Below, piece by piece: positions 13,265 to 25,535 of a stretch of 64,000 nucleotides of DNA. The position numbers and the translations under genes were made by a program. Numbering within the stretch: the stretch's first letter is position 1; each line of letters starts with the position of its first letter. The notes under the pieces are model-generated. The model was not told the origin of the DNA. It made no database searches and worked only from the letters and a program-made list of their open reading frames with translations. This stretch comes from Azolla caroliniana (Eukaryota; Plantae; Polypodiophyta): positions 6,820,001-6,884,000 of the forward strand of contig JBHGNT010000012.1 of NCBI GenBank assembly GCA_043228905.1. Reading direction: 5' to 3'.

Positions 13265-14944
13265 TGCCGTGATGTGGCATACTCGAGTGTGGGAAAAACC
13301 GGCGAAAGGGGGGGTCAAAATGTGCATGTGCAATGTATGTGCACACAAAGACAATTAATTGTGCACATGCAAAAGAAAAGGGAAAAGAAAGGGTGGAAAG
13401 GAGGTATAGACACTCGTGTAAAAAGTAAGAGAGAGAAGAGATGAAAAGTAGAGAGGAGACATGCTATGAATATGTAGATATAGAATTATATATTATATAA
13501 TAGAGAGTTAATGGGTTAGTGGATAGACATATTGACTCTTAGCTAAAGGTGCACGGTTCAAATCTCGACTTACAATGTAACGTGATTTGAGGAATTTTAT
13601 TCCTTTTGCATTGAAGACGAATGTGGTGATCCCCCTTCCTTTTTTTCTTATAAAAGGAGGTCCAGGGGGGCTCATTGGGGAGGATGTTTTGGGAGGAGGA
13701 GACTATTGTCATTTTTCTTTCGGAGCTCTTAATCTTAATCTTCACCATTTCTCTTCATCTCATACCCCTTCATCCCCTCATCGCCACGTGTTCGTCTTCT
13801 TCGCGTTGACACTCAAAGTGCTCATTTATGGTGCTCGTGACCCCAAGCCTCGTTGGTTCGGTGTTGCTTCGCTCCCGTTCGTCGTTGCGAGCCCGTGTGC
13901 TCGCTATTCGGGTGGTCGTGGTTTGTTGGGGGAGACATTTTTGTGGTGCTTGTGTGCTCGTCTTCTTCGTGTTCAGATTTGCTTTTGTCTCTAAGGGCAT
14001 TTAGTATTTATGTTTTGTTGAACTTGTGGTTAACTAGAAGTTGTCACATTGTAATCAAACCCTAATTATAAAGGGCCCTCTTGCGTTGGAATCGAACACA
14101 TATTTATTTCCTTAGGCAATATCATTCGTGTTTTTCTTTCTTTCTTTATTCTCGTCCCCTTGTACGTTCGGCCTTCTTGTGACGAGGGAGCGTTTCGAGT
14201 GTGCCAATGCACCTCTACTCCTCATAAAGGTTTACGAGCATTTGTGCGTGTGTTTGTGTCTTCCTTGTACGTTCGGCCGTCTTGTGACGAGGGAGCGTTT
14301 CGGGCGTGCCCATGCACCTCTCCTCCTCATAAAGACGTACGAGCATTTGTGCGTGTGTTTGTGTCTTCCTTGTACGTTCGGTCCTCTTGTGACAAGGGAG
14401 CGTTCAGGCTTGCCTATACACCTCTCCTCCTCATAAAGCCGTACGAGCATTTGTGTGTGTGTTTTGTGTCTTCCTTGTATGTTCAACGTCTTGTGACAAG
14501 GGAGCATTTGGGCATGCCCATGCACCTCTCCTCCTCATAAAGACGTACGAGCATTCGTGTTTGTATTCTCTTCCCTTTCCTTGTACGTTCGGCGTCTTGT
14601 GACGAGGGAGCATTCGGGCGTGCCCATGAACCTCTCCTCCTCATAAAGACGTACGAGCATTCGTGTTTGTGTTCTCGTCCCCTTGTGTGTTCATCTTGCG
14701 TGCTCATCTTTGCTTGTACACGTTTGATCACTTGGCTCGTCCGGTGATCTTGAAAACTCGGCGAGTCATGATCAACGAAAGCCACCGGCCCCACAAATGG
14801 GGCAACGAGCCCTTGCTCGGGAAGGGATCGGGAAGTAGTATTGTTGTAAAGCAAACCTCAGGTCTTCTCTATCCCTTCGTACTCCCTAGTCCAAGACCCC
14901 CGTGGTCTCGATCAAGTAACACACACATGCGAAATTTCGTGACA
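13265..14944. mobile_element. Probable solo LTR (1.68 kb) with 4-bp TSD
   Basis: TG...CA termini, CCGT duplicated at 13261-13264 and 14945-14948, non-coding, absent from the sister LTR. Confidence 0.8.
14158..14685. repeat. ~105-bp tandem repeat, 5 copies
   Basis: CCTTGTACGTTCGG...CTCCTCATAAAGACGTACGAGCATT recurs at ~14158, 14263, 14368, 14473 and 14579. Confidence 0.9.
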
Positions 14945-15076
14945 CCGTTCTCTGTGGTTTTTCTCCCGCTTTAGGGTTTCCATGTAAAATCTGTGTACAC
15001 TTTCTTCTGTGTTTCCGAACTGTGTATTACAGTGCATTCCTTCTTTTGTATTGACGATTTGTTTCTCTACAAGTTA

Positions 15077-15231
15077 CTGCTATAGTAATTGATCGGTTCT
15101 TCGTGAACGTAGGCTTAGACACAACACACGCAAATACGATGGGCTTGGATCAAGCTACCAAGCACTCTGATACCATGTAAAGAATCGGATATGATTCTGT
15201 GCAACGAAAGAGATGTGTGTGTGTGTGTGGT

Positions 15232-15328
<97 letters not shown>

Positions 15329-15475
15329 ACAATGTATACAGAAAACAACTGAAAAACTGTATCACAAGAACAAGAATGAACCAACAGTTACAAGGAGAGG
15401 GAGAAGGTGGTTATGTAGTCACCTCCTCTCTAAGTTCTCTCACTAGAGTCACCTCTTAGAAAAGAGGTGGAGTCT
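15077..15475 (-). mobile_element. Copia A leader, PBS (15165-15175) and proximal part of its 5' LTR (from 15176)
   Basis: CTCTGATACCA (reverse tRNA-iMet PBS) abuts TGTAAA. Contiguous with 1-2371 once the insertion is removed. Confidence 0.8.
15233..15326. repeat. (GA)n microsatellite, about 47 units
   Basis: Uninterrupted GA run. Confidence 0.98.
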
Positions 15476-16195
15476 TGTTATGTACACATAACATTGGTGA
15501 GGGTAGGTCACCAATATTTACATTAGTGAAGGGTATGTTCACTAATGTTAAAAAGGGGACTAATGATTGGATAGAAGGAATGATAAGTGCATGCACTATC
15601 ATGATTTGGATAACCAATGAATGGAGAGCCTTTTAGAAAGGCATATCTATTCAAGGGGCCTAGGAAAAGGTATAAATATGAGGCTTAGCTACCCTCATAA
15701 GGACATTACGTCGGAAGGCTGCCGTCTTAGACACCGGTGGTGCGGGCTAGGCTTTCGTCTCGACGATCGTGTTTATCTCTTCCATGGTATTAGTCATCCT
15801 AATATCCGGCGGTATGGGACGTCGGTGGTAGGTTGGCTATGTCTAGATCATAGCTCGGGGGCGGTTGGGTGGAATGGGTTCTTCTATCCATTCTATTTTC
15901 CTTCTTTTACTTTAGTTTGGTCTATTGATTAGTAATAGACTCTTAACAGTGGTATCAGAGCATTTACTAGCATTTTTTTTTGTTGTTTTGATGTTTTTTG
16001 TGTGAGCGATGGGGATCTAACAAGGCTAGTCGTGCTCTTCACAGGATCAAAACAACATTCTTAACCCGGTATTCTTCTTTCTCGATCTCTCTTTTCTTTC
16101 CTATGATGCTTTCTTCTTTGTCATATGGAAGGGGTATTACATTTTCTTTTCTTTTCTTTCTTCTTTCTACCATCATACGATGTTAATCTACTTAT

Positions 16196-16640
16196 GCATC
16201 GGGTCGAGCATGTTTGCACTAATCACACACGCTCAACTCATGGCCCTTTTGCATATTGCGATGTATCTCCCACTCTCCCCTCTCTTGATCCTTCTCTTAC
16301 GATATTAATTATTGTTGTGCATTGGGTCGAGTGTGTTTGCCCTAATTGCACACGCTCACCTCATGGCCCTTTTGCATATGATGTTGAATATGCTACTCTT
16401 CCCTTTATTGAGCCATCACTAGTTGATTCTATGGGATGTTGTGGTCTGGATGAGGTGTATGTCGCCTACCTATGCCACTCTACTCTCTATTGAGCCATCA
16501 CTTGGCCGATTCTATGGGATGTTGTGTCCTTAACGAGGTATATGTCGCTTACCTATGCCACTTTACTCTTTATTGAGCCATCAATTGGCTGATTCTAGGG
16601 AGATGTGGTGGTCTTGAGGAGGTGCATGTCGACTACCTTA
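16196..16640. repeat. Imperfect tandem duplications in the retrotransposon leader (~125 bp x2, ~80 bp x3)
   Basis: GGGTCGAG...CTCATGGCCCTTTTGCATAT twice; TATTGAGCCATCA...GATTCTA three times. Confidence 0.7.
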
Positions 16641-17365
16641 GGGTTTCATACCTTAAGGCACGCTTAATGATTCATACACCTAATTGATTATTATTCTAAT
16701 TAATTTCTAATTACACAAATTTTCGTTTCACTTTTGTATGATTTTCTAGTAATTGTCATTTACCCACCCACAATTAACTCTATTTCTTGCCCTTATTTTA
16801 AGTTCATCTACACTATTTATGTAAGTTTAATGGTGTAATGATTCATGTAGACTATTTTTAAATATTGAGTGGGCATCATGCCATTTTTTGAACGATTTTT
16901 TCCAACGGCTCATCTAGGTTTAACTCATATTATCGAGCCTTAGAACTCGAGTAAAACCACATGAGTTCCCCTATTGATGTTTTACTCATAGATTTGAGTT
17001 CTATGTCTTTGCGCACAACACCACTGCCACTTGTATCAATTTGTGGCTTATGTCACAATTGTGCAAATTACAACCACCATATTGGGATGTCTATGTGCAT
17101 ACCTCGCACCATCCATTTATTTGTGACTTTTTTTAGTAGGTAACACATGGGTTTTTTGACCCTTGTTTTCGTCACTGCTTGATTCTTATGGGTAGTGCCT
17201 TATTTTATCGTTTTTGACATAACATTTGCTTGTTACTCGCAAGACTAAAATATTACTTGCGAGTGCACTTGTTTTCCATGTAATACACTTTCTCGACCAT
17301 ATCAATACATGTTGGGTTGGCATTCTAATATAAGGCTAACTAGGAAACTACGTTGATGTTAGAAC

Positions 17366-17529
17366 CATGGTTGAGCCTTGGGGAGCCGCCATGATTATTC
17401 AAGATAGAGATCCGAGAAAGACATCTTAGCTATGTTTTCCCCCATGGTTTTTAAAACACCATAGTGTTACCATAGTTATCGGATCTCGAATCACATCTCA
17501 TATGTCTAGAGGGGTAAAGACGTGAGATG
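17366..17529 (+). ncRNA. Putative cis-acting structured RNA in chromovirus leader
   Basis: Conserved with 57077-57236 (minus strand) while the flanks diverge; compensatory base changes in a stem. Confidence 0.65.
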
Positions 17530-17628
17530 CTTTCTTGGTAAAGTTCTTACAATCAAAATTTCAAGCATTAATTTTGCTTGTGTATTTTTTGAACCTCCTT
17601 ATTTATATTGCATACCCACAGCTTGCAT

Positions 17629-20392
17629 CATGGAACAAGTTTTGAACGCTGTTGGAGCAATCTCTCTGACCGAGACCTCTCAACTCCAATCCGCATCTCG
17701 CACACAAGCTGAGATCACTATTGAGCAATTGCTCACTAATACCTTGAATCAATTGGCCGAAATGAGGCAGGCCAATATGGCATTGGAAAAGAAATTCCAA
17801 GAATTGACTATTGAGTCCAAGAAAGAAGGTGAGCCTTCTTTCGTAGTAACGCCATTCAAGGGAGATAAGAAAGAAAGAACCGAGGAGGCCATTAGCACTT
17901 GGCTTGGTCTTTGGGAGTCTCACTTTGAGCTCCACCCCAAGCCTGATGCTGTAAAAATTGGTTATGTCGGTCGTGAGTTAGGTGGCCCAGCTGCTGCTTG
18001 GTGGCGCGGCCTAAGGACTGCAAAGAACTTACCCACAACTTGGGAAGGTTTCGTTGATGTTTTTAAGAAATAGTTTTTGCAGCCACCTTCTCAAACTGAA
18101 CAAGTGCAACACTTGCTCACATTGTTGAGTAAGCCATTTACCTCTCTCGAGGATTATGTACATCATGCTCGGAACTAGATCTAAAAATCGGGACTTACGG
18201 GTGAGAAATGGTTTGTTGCTTGTTTTTTGAATGGTATTCGTAATGGGGATTACCATTGGATTCTCCATGACAAGAACCCCACAACTTTTGAGGAAGCCAT
18301 CAACATTGTACTTCGGTATCATAGGACTTCCAAGAAAGACCACAATAAACCCGAGTTTGCCAAAACTTTGAATGTCAAGTTCATTGGGAAACCTAAGCAA
18401 TCCAAAGACACTCTTGACCGCGACTCCAAGAAACCTAACCTCTTCTGTGCATATTGCAAGAAACGGGGCCACACAAAGGATACCTGTCGTCATCTTGAGA
18501 GGAAGTCAATGAACACCCCTCCTCAAGACAAATCTACGAGTCACACAGGTGAGTCTTTTGATGTTGTTGAAGTTCATACCAACCACTTAAGTTCATGTGA
18601 ATGCACTTTTCCTTCACCTTTACTTGGACCTAATGATTTACTCCGAGCAGTCGGGTATATCAATGGAACACAAGCACATTTCTAGTTTGATTCCGGTAGT
18701 TCTCACAATTTTCTTAATGATCACTTTGTGTAGCAAATGGAACTCCACATAAATGCAAGTGATCATATCTATCAAGTTCACATGGCAAATGGAAGTGTTC
18801 AATACATCAGTGGCATTGTTTGTCACCTGTCAATTCAAATAGATACCTATTTGGAGAAGCTTGACTTTCAGATTATGAAGCTACAATCTGCAGATGTCCT
18901 TTTAGGATACCATTGGTTTTTTAATAAAAACCCATTGATTGGGTTAATCACTCAATCACATTTGAACTTAATAATTGTAAACATTTTATTCAATGTTCCA
19001 AACTTCCTTCTTGTTCACTTGAGTCTTCTAAATATTTAAGTGAGTATTCAAGTTCATTAATTTATTCGTGTGTAATTGATCCTGCGCTTCAATTTTATTA
19101 TTTTAATATTGACACCACACAATTACCACATTATGAACAATGATTACTCAACTCTATTTTAGATGATTTTCAAGACGTGTTTCCTAACGAATTGCCATTT
19201 ACTTTACCACCAAAACATAATGTGGACCATCAAATTGAACTCATTCCTGGTGCTGCTCCTGTGAGCATTCCACCTTATCGACTTAGTCGATTAGAAGATG
19301 GTGAGATTGCTAAACAACTTAAGGAATACTTGAGTATGGGCCACATTAGGTATAGTAAATCACCTTGGGGTGTGCCAGTTCTATTGGTTAAGAAGAAGGA
19401 AGGTTCATGGCGAATGTGTATCAATTATCGCCGTTTGAATAAAATGACAATTAAAAATGCATATCCGTTACCTCGTGCCAATGATTTGATTGATCATTTG
19501 GATTGGGCCTGATATTTTACGAAAATTGACTTACGGACAAGTTATCATCAGATTCGCATTGCCGAGGATGATATTCCTAAAACCGCTTTTCGTACGCGCT
19601 ATGGCCATTATGAGTTTTTAGTCATGCCTTTCGGGTTGACTAATGCTCCAGCCACATTCCAACAAACGATGAATGACGTTTTTCGAGATCAACTCGGTGA
19701 TTTTGTTGTCATCTTCTTGGATGATATTTTGATATATAGCCATACCTTGCAAGATCATGTTCAACATGTTCGATGTGTTTTGCAAAAGTTGCGTGACAAC
19801 TCTTTCTATGCAAAAAATTCAAAATGTGATTTTTTCCAAAAATCTATTGTGTACCTAGGTCATTTAATTACGGAAAATGGTGTTGAAATTGAACCTTCTC
19901 ATATTGAAAAGGTTAAACTTTGGCCCATTCCTCGTAATATTTGTGAACTGTGATCATTCTTAGGGTTTGTTGGATTTTTACGAAAATTAATTCGTAATTA
20001 TTCCAAATTGACTACGCCATTAACTGACCTTTTAAAAGGTCATCCACATAATTCTGTCAAACCAATTGCATGGAATGAACAACTTGACAAATCATTTGAG
20101 ACACTCAAAGAGCATGTGTGTCTGGCTCCCATTCTTCTATTACCGGGCCCTTCTAAGCCTTTCTCAATCGAAACCGATGCCAATGATTATGCTATTGGTG
20201 CCGTTCTTTATCAAGGGGGTCACCCTATTTCTTTTGAAAGTAAGAAGCTTGATGCTGCTCAATCTCGGTATTCGGTTCAAGAGAAAGAGTTGTTTGCGGT
20301 GATACATGCACTTAAAACATGGAGGCACTATCTTTATGGAAATAAATTTGTGGTTACAAAAGACCATCAATCATGAAGTATTTTTGTGACCA
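17629..20392 (+). pseudogene. gag-pol: Gypsy gag-pol (gag, CAYCKKRGH knuckle, PR, RT, RNase H)
   Basis: FLDDILIYS RT, ETDANDYAIG RNase H; multiple nonsense codons. Confidence 0.92.
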
Positions 20393-22118
20393 TGATGTGC
20401 GAGAAATGACAGAAACATGCAAATGACGGCGATGATGTTCAATGTATGTGCAAGCGAAGAAATGGAAACGATGACGTTTGTGTACAAGTGCAAGAAATGT
20501 TTGTGTACGAGTGCAAGAAATGATGATGCGATGGAGGAATGCATGAATGGCAACAATGGTTGTGCGAGGTTGCGATTAGTGTCAATGTGCGGGTTTCCGA
20601 TGCGGTTAGCAACAATGTGCGTGTTTTTGAAAGCGTGGTGCAAGATGCACGGCTATACAAACTGCGATGCAGTGGGAACCGGTGCCAGCACGACCGGAAA
20701 GAGAAGCCTACCAGGAGACCGCGGAGAAAGTCGCAGTGTGTGGAGCGGAGACCGGCATGATGTGCTGAGAATGCACGAGAGGTGGTTCTAAAAGAAGCAA
20801 CACAGAGAGAGTCGGAACCGGAATCGGAACCAGAACCGGAGCCGGTTAACACCGAAGGGCCGAAGAAGATGGAGGAGATGCAGATGCAAACCAGACATCA
20901 ACCAATAGCGCTAGAAAGATACGGACGGATGCACTAGACAAAGGTGACCAAAAAGACACAAGACACAGTAGGATGGGTCAAATGGGCCAAACAAGCGACC
21001 ACACAGACGGACAGACCAGACACACGATTGGAAGACAGTGGGACGACGGCCGGACAGAGCCGAAGAGCGACAGAGACGATATCCGAAATGCACAGCCACG
21101 ACAATGGCAACAACCAAACGATGGGACATGGACACCGAAAAGCGACGGAGCCGGCGACGAGGACAGAGCCGCCGAAAAGCGAAGGAGACGATGACAACGA
21201 CGAACAACAATTCGAGCGGTCGGATAGGCCGGAGAGTGACCGGACATGAGCAATCGGAGCGGCCCGAGAAGCGACTGGACAACAACCAGAACAGCGACAC
21301 CGCCGAAAAGCGACAAGAATGGCCGGAGAACCGACGGCCAGAATGGCGATGACGTTGAAACGACGGGCCGGACAGACAATAACGGCCGGATCTGACTGAC
21401 TGACCGGACGGAGTCGGAGACACAGACAAACAGCCGAGAACGGACGGGCCGAACATCAACGATTGGAGCGGCAGGATGATGCGGTAGCAGGTGTAAGGAC
21501 TGGACAGAGACAGACAACCACGGTTGGGCAACGGAAATGACGGCGGCAGCACAAAGAAGGAGATGATGTGCAAGCAAAGGGAGAGTGACGGTCGTGTTTC
21601 CTCCCTACCTCGAAACACCAAAATAGAACAGGAAGAAGTGGAAGAAACAAAGGAAGAAAGAGAGAAGATTTGCAGAAGACATCAAACAAGAAGAACTCAC
21701 AAAGAAAGAAAGAAGAGAAACGATGAAACAAAGAGGAAAGAGAAGCACCATTAGCAGTGGAAGAACAGAGAAAAGGAAATGAAAGACAAGAAGAACAGAA
21801 GATGCAACAGTTAACACCAAGAAGAAGGAAGCATGCAAGAGTAGAAGACTAGAGAACACGCAAAATGTAAGGGGGAAAAAAAAAATGTAAGAAAATGAGA
21901 AGAAGACAAACAGAAAAATGGAAAAAATGACCTAAAAGTAAAAGTGAAAATATAGATGAAATCGAAAAACAAGAGAGAGGAAAAAAGAGAAGAGAGGGGA
22001 GGGGCATTTGTGAGATTTTAAAAACTTGAGGTTAGCAAATGAAATTTCAAAACCGTGAGGGTACGGAACGAAATTTTAGAAATTTGAGGGTATAATACAT
22101 CATTTTAAAAACTCATCA
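20393..22118. mobile_element. Non-coding LTR-like segment (TGATG...CATCA), probably minus orientation
   Basis: Begins exactly where the RNase H breaks, 5-bp inverted termini, strong purine strand skew; no TSD found. Confidence 0.45.
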
Positions 22119-22440
22119 ACTTGAATGAAATCAATGTAATTGAATCACGATAACTCACAAAATAGAAAAAAGAACACACATACACACAATGTTATTTTAG
22201 ACCCATGACGAAGTTCGTAAGCTGACAGAACGAGAATGTTTGTGTCGCGGACGATTTGCTGACCGACAAAGATGTTCGAGTCAAGCATTCCGATCGAGGG
22301 AGTCGATCGTTGAAAGGACCGATGGAAGTTCCGGTCGAAGAAATATCATCATCAAGGCATGTGGGATCGACGTGCAAGGCACTTTCCCACGGGCGTGCCA
22401 TATTGTGTTACCCCATACGAGATGTACGGAGAGTCAAGTG

Positions 22441-22932
22441 TGATGAGTGAGGGTCGAATGTTATCATGATGTTGTGTATGTGTAGGGGGCATAAATGTAA
22501 TTGTGAGTCTATACGTATGTGAACACATGCACACGTGTGTGCATGTGGATGGATACGAGGAGGTGTGAATGAGTGTCCAATATGAATGCTTGAGGGGGCT
22601 TACACCCCTATGTATCTACCCCCTCTTGTACTATTTAACCCCTTATGGGGAATGAATGAAACATGAATAACCATTTCTCTCTCTCTCTCTCTCTCTCTCT
22701 CTTTGACATCTTTCTCTCTCTCCCCCCTTAACGTTGAACCCCCTTGGGAGGGGGGTGGAGCCATTCTAGGCACCACCCCCCACCCCGCAATGCCTCTCAA
22801 TGCTTGTCTTGCATCTTCATGATCTCTCACCATCATACCATTCATCATCTCCACCATTACACAATGTCTATCTTCATCATCAATCATCATCATTATCATT
22901 CTCATTAACCCTAACCCTAAAAACCTACAACA
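22441..22932 (+). repeat. LTR-like segment with (CT)n and telobox-like AACCCTAACCCTAA end
   Basis: TGATG...CAACA termini; ends precisely at a break in Copia integrase; no partner LTR in the window. Confidence 0.5.
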
Positions 22933-25520
22933 ACGTAATGCACCACTAGAGTTGGTGCATACAGATGTGTGTCAAGTAGACACGAAGTCACATGCCGGAG
23001 CGCAGTACTTCGTGACGTTTATAGATGACCACAGCCGGAAGTTGTGGGCCACACCGTTGAAGACGAAGGATCAAGTGCTATCCGTCTTCAAAGAGCTCCA
23101 CGCGAGAGTGGAAAGCGAAACCGGCTGGAAGCTAAAGGCGGTTCGAGCAGATAACGGAGGAGAATACCGGGGGCAGTTCGAGGAATACTGCCGCTCGAAG
23201 GGAATCCGGCTCGAATTTACCGTGCCGAAGACGCCGGAACTAAACGGGCTGGCCGAGAGGATGAACCGGACCATAACGGAGAGGGTCCAGAGTATGCTAG
23301 CGCATGCAAAACTACCCAAGAAATTTTGGGCTGAGGCACTGTCGACGGCGACATACGTGATAAATAGATCACCCTCAGTACCCTTGGACGGAGACACGCC
23401 ACAGAGAGTGTGGACCGGTAAGGAAGTATCCTACCGGCATCTGAAGGTATTCGGGTGTCTCGCGTACGTGCATGTAGCTAAGGACCGGAGAGGAAAGCTA
23501 GATCCAAAGACCCGGCCATGCATATTCCTCGGTTACGGTGACGATGAGTTCGGCTACCGAGTGTGGGACCTGGTCGACAAGAAGGTATTCCGGAGTCGAG
23601 ATATTATCTTCATGGAGAACAAGACGCTCGCCGACTGGGAGTCGGAGAAGAAGATAATGAACTCCGAGTCGACCGGTAAGGATAGACTCTACGATGAGTA
23701 GACCCAACTGGAAAGAGACCGGTTAGCACTCGAGGAACTAGCCGGTTACGGTGAGGATACCGAACCGGCAGAAGAAGAGGTAGAGGAAGCTGAGACCGGA
23801 ACCGGCCAAGACCCCGAATCGGATTCGGATGAAGAGCAAATGGAGGAGCCGGTTACCGAAGCCCGAAGACGGAGATATCCTCTCAGAGAGAGAAGGGCCC
23901 CCCGGAGATTTCCGGATGCAGAGCATGTTTTGCTGACCGATGAGGGGGAGCCGGAAAGCTTTGAAGAAGTGAAGGAAGACACCCACAGCCGAAAATGGTT
24001 AAGTGCCATGCAGGACGAGATGGATTCCCTGCTTGAGAACCATACATACGAATTGGTGGAGCTGCCGGAAGGAAAGCGGGCACTCCGAAACAAGTGGGTG
24101 TACAAGTTGAAACCGGGAGATGCCGGCAACCCCCCGAGATAGAAAGCCAGGATCGTGGTGAAGGGGTTCCAGCAGAAGAAGGGTGTGGACTTCGACGAGA
24201 TATTTGCCCCGGTAGTAAATATGACCTCCATCCAGACGGTGCTGAGTATAGCAGCAAGCATGGACCTTGAGGTAGAGCAGCTGGACGTGAAGACGGCATT
24301 CCTTCACGGCGACCTCGAAGAGGAGATCTACATGCAGCAACCGGAAGGATTCGTGTAGAAAGGGAAGGAGCACCTGGTATGCCGGTTGAAGAAGAGCCTG
24401 TACGGAATAAAGCAGGCTCCCCGACAATGGTACCGGAAGTTCGACTCCTTCATGACCGATCAAGGGTACCACAAGACGCAGCCGATCACTGCGTGTTTGT
24501 GAAGAAGTTCGAAGGAGGCGACTTCTTGATACTCCTCTTGTACGTGGATGACATGTTGATCGTTGGACGGGACCAAGTCAAAATACGGATGCTGAAGAAG
24601 GCTCTCAACCGGACCTTCTCAATGAAAGACTTGGGTCCGGCAAGACAGATGCTGGGGATGCACATCATTCGGGACCGGTCAGTGAAGCAATTATGGCTGT
24701 CATAGGAGAAGTTTGTGACAAAGGTGCTTCACCGGTTCAACATGTCAGAAGCGAAACCGGTCGGATCGACACTTCCGGCAAACTGCAGGCTATCCGGTAA
24801 GCAAAGCCCGAAGACGAAAGTAGAGAAGGCGGATAGGATGAAGATTCCATATGCCTCTGCCGTCGGGAGCTTGATGTACGCAATGGTGTGTACCCGATCG
24901 GACATAGGATACGCAGTCGGAGTGGTGAGCCGGTTTATGAGCAATCCCGGCAAGGAGCACTGGAACGCGGTCAAATGGATACTCCGGTATTTGAAGGGCA
25001 CTTCAAATATGTGTCTCCGATTCGGCTCCGGAAAACCTCAACTGGACGGTTTCACCGATTCGGACATGTCAGCTGATGTGGATACCAGCCGGTCTACATC
25101 CGGGTATGTAATGACATATGCAGGGGGAGCTGTTTCGTGGCAGTCGAGGCTGTAGAAGACGGTTGCATTGTCAACCACAGAAGCGGAGTACATGGCGGCT
25201 GTGGAAGCCGGCAAGGAAATATTATGGATGAAGGACTTCATCGGAGAGCACGGTAAACGGCAAGAGGAATACCGACTCTATTGCGACAGTCAAAGTGCCA
25301 TCCACCTTGCTAAGAATGCAGCCTACCATTCCCAGACGAAGCATATCCAACGGAGGTATCACTGGATCCGGGTAAGAGTAGATGACGAGGAGTTCGCACT
25401 GACGAAGATCCACACGGCCAAGAACGGGTCAGATATGCAGACCAAAGTGTGGACACTCGACAAGCTGGACGCATGCTGGAAGAGGATCGGACTGGTAAGA
25501 CACCCCATGCCGGAGTGAAG
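22933..25520 (+). mobile_element. pol: Copia family B fragment (integrase-RT-RNase H), no LTRs
   Basis: ORFs 22952-23701, 24155-24358, 24715-25155 and 25168-25518 carry IN/RT/RH motifs; breaks inside the PPT. Confidence 0.93.
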
Positions 25521-25535
25521 CATTACTGGTAAGAC

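Larger units (their letters stand above)
2372..15071 (+). mobile_element. Ty1/Copia LTR retrotransposon (full span, decayed) inserted in the 5' leader of Copia A
   Basis: Two homologous TG...CA LTRs, degenerate tRNA-iMet PBS (TGGTATTAGATC, 2999), PPT before 12784, flanks AGTTG/AGTTA (5-bp TSD with one mismatch), domain order gag-PR-IN-RT-RH. Confidence 0.93.
12784..15071 (+). repeat. 3' LTR of Copia 2372-15071, split by a solo LTR
   Basis: 12784-13264 and 14945-15071 together reproduce the 5' LTR. Confidence 0.9.
15476..20392 (+). mobile_element. Ty3/Gypsy chromovirus-type element, 3'-truncated in RNase H
   Basis: LTR ~15476-15948 (start approximate), perfect PBS TGGTATCAGAGC at 15950, ~1.7-kb leader, gag-PR-RT-RH homologous to 52540-56844. 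Confidence 0.88.

Noticed and set aside
14128-14854. Repetitive ORFs in the solo LTR
   Set aside because: Products of the 105-bp tandem repeat, open in several frames.
15115-15459. ORFs with ERERER / SLSLSL runs
   Set aside because: Translations of the (GA)n microsatellite.
17366-17529. Hammerhead or HDV-like ribozyme assignment
   Set aside because: No CUGANGA core, and I could not fit the HDV nested double pseudoknot by eye; left unclassified.
20417-21859. Cys-rich and Arg-rich ORFs
   Set aside because: Overlapping low-complexity frames on both strands with no domain motifs; explained by compositional skew.
22907-22927. Telomere or interstitial telomeric tract
   Set aside because: Only 2-3 imperfect units; telobox-like motifs are common in plant LTRs.
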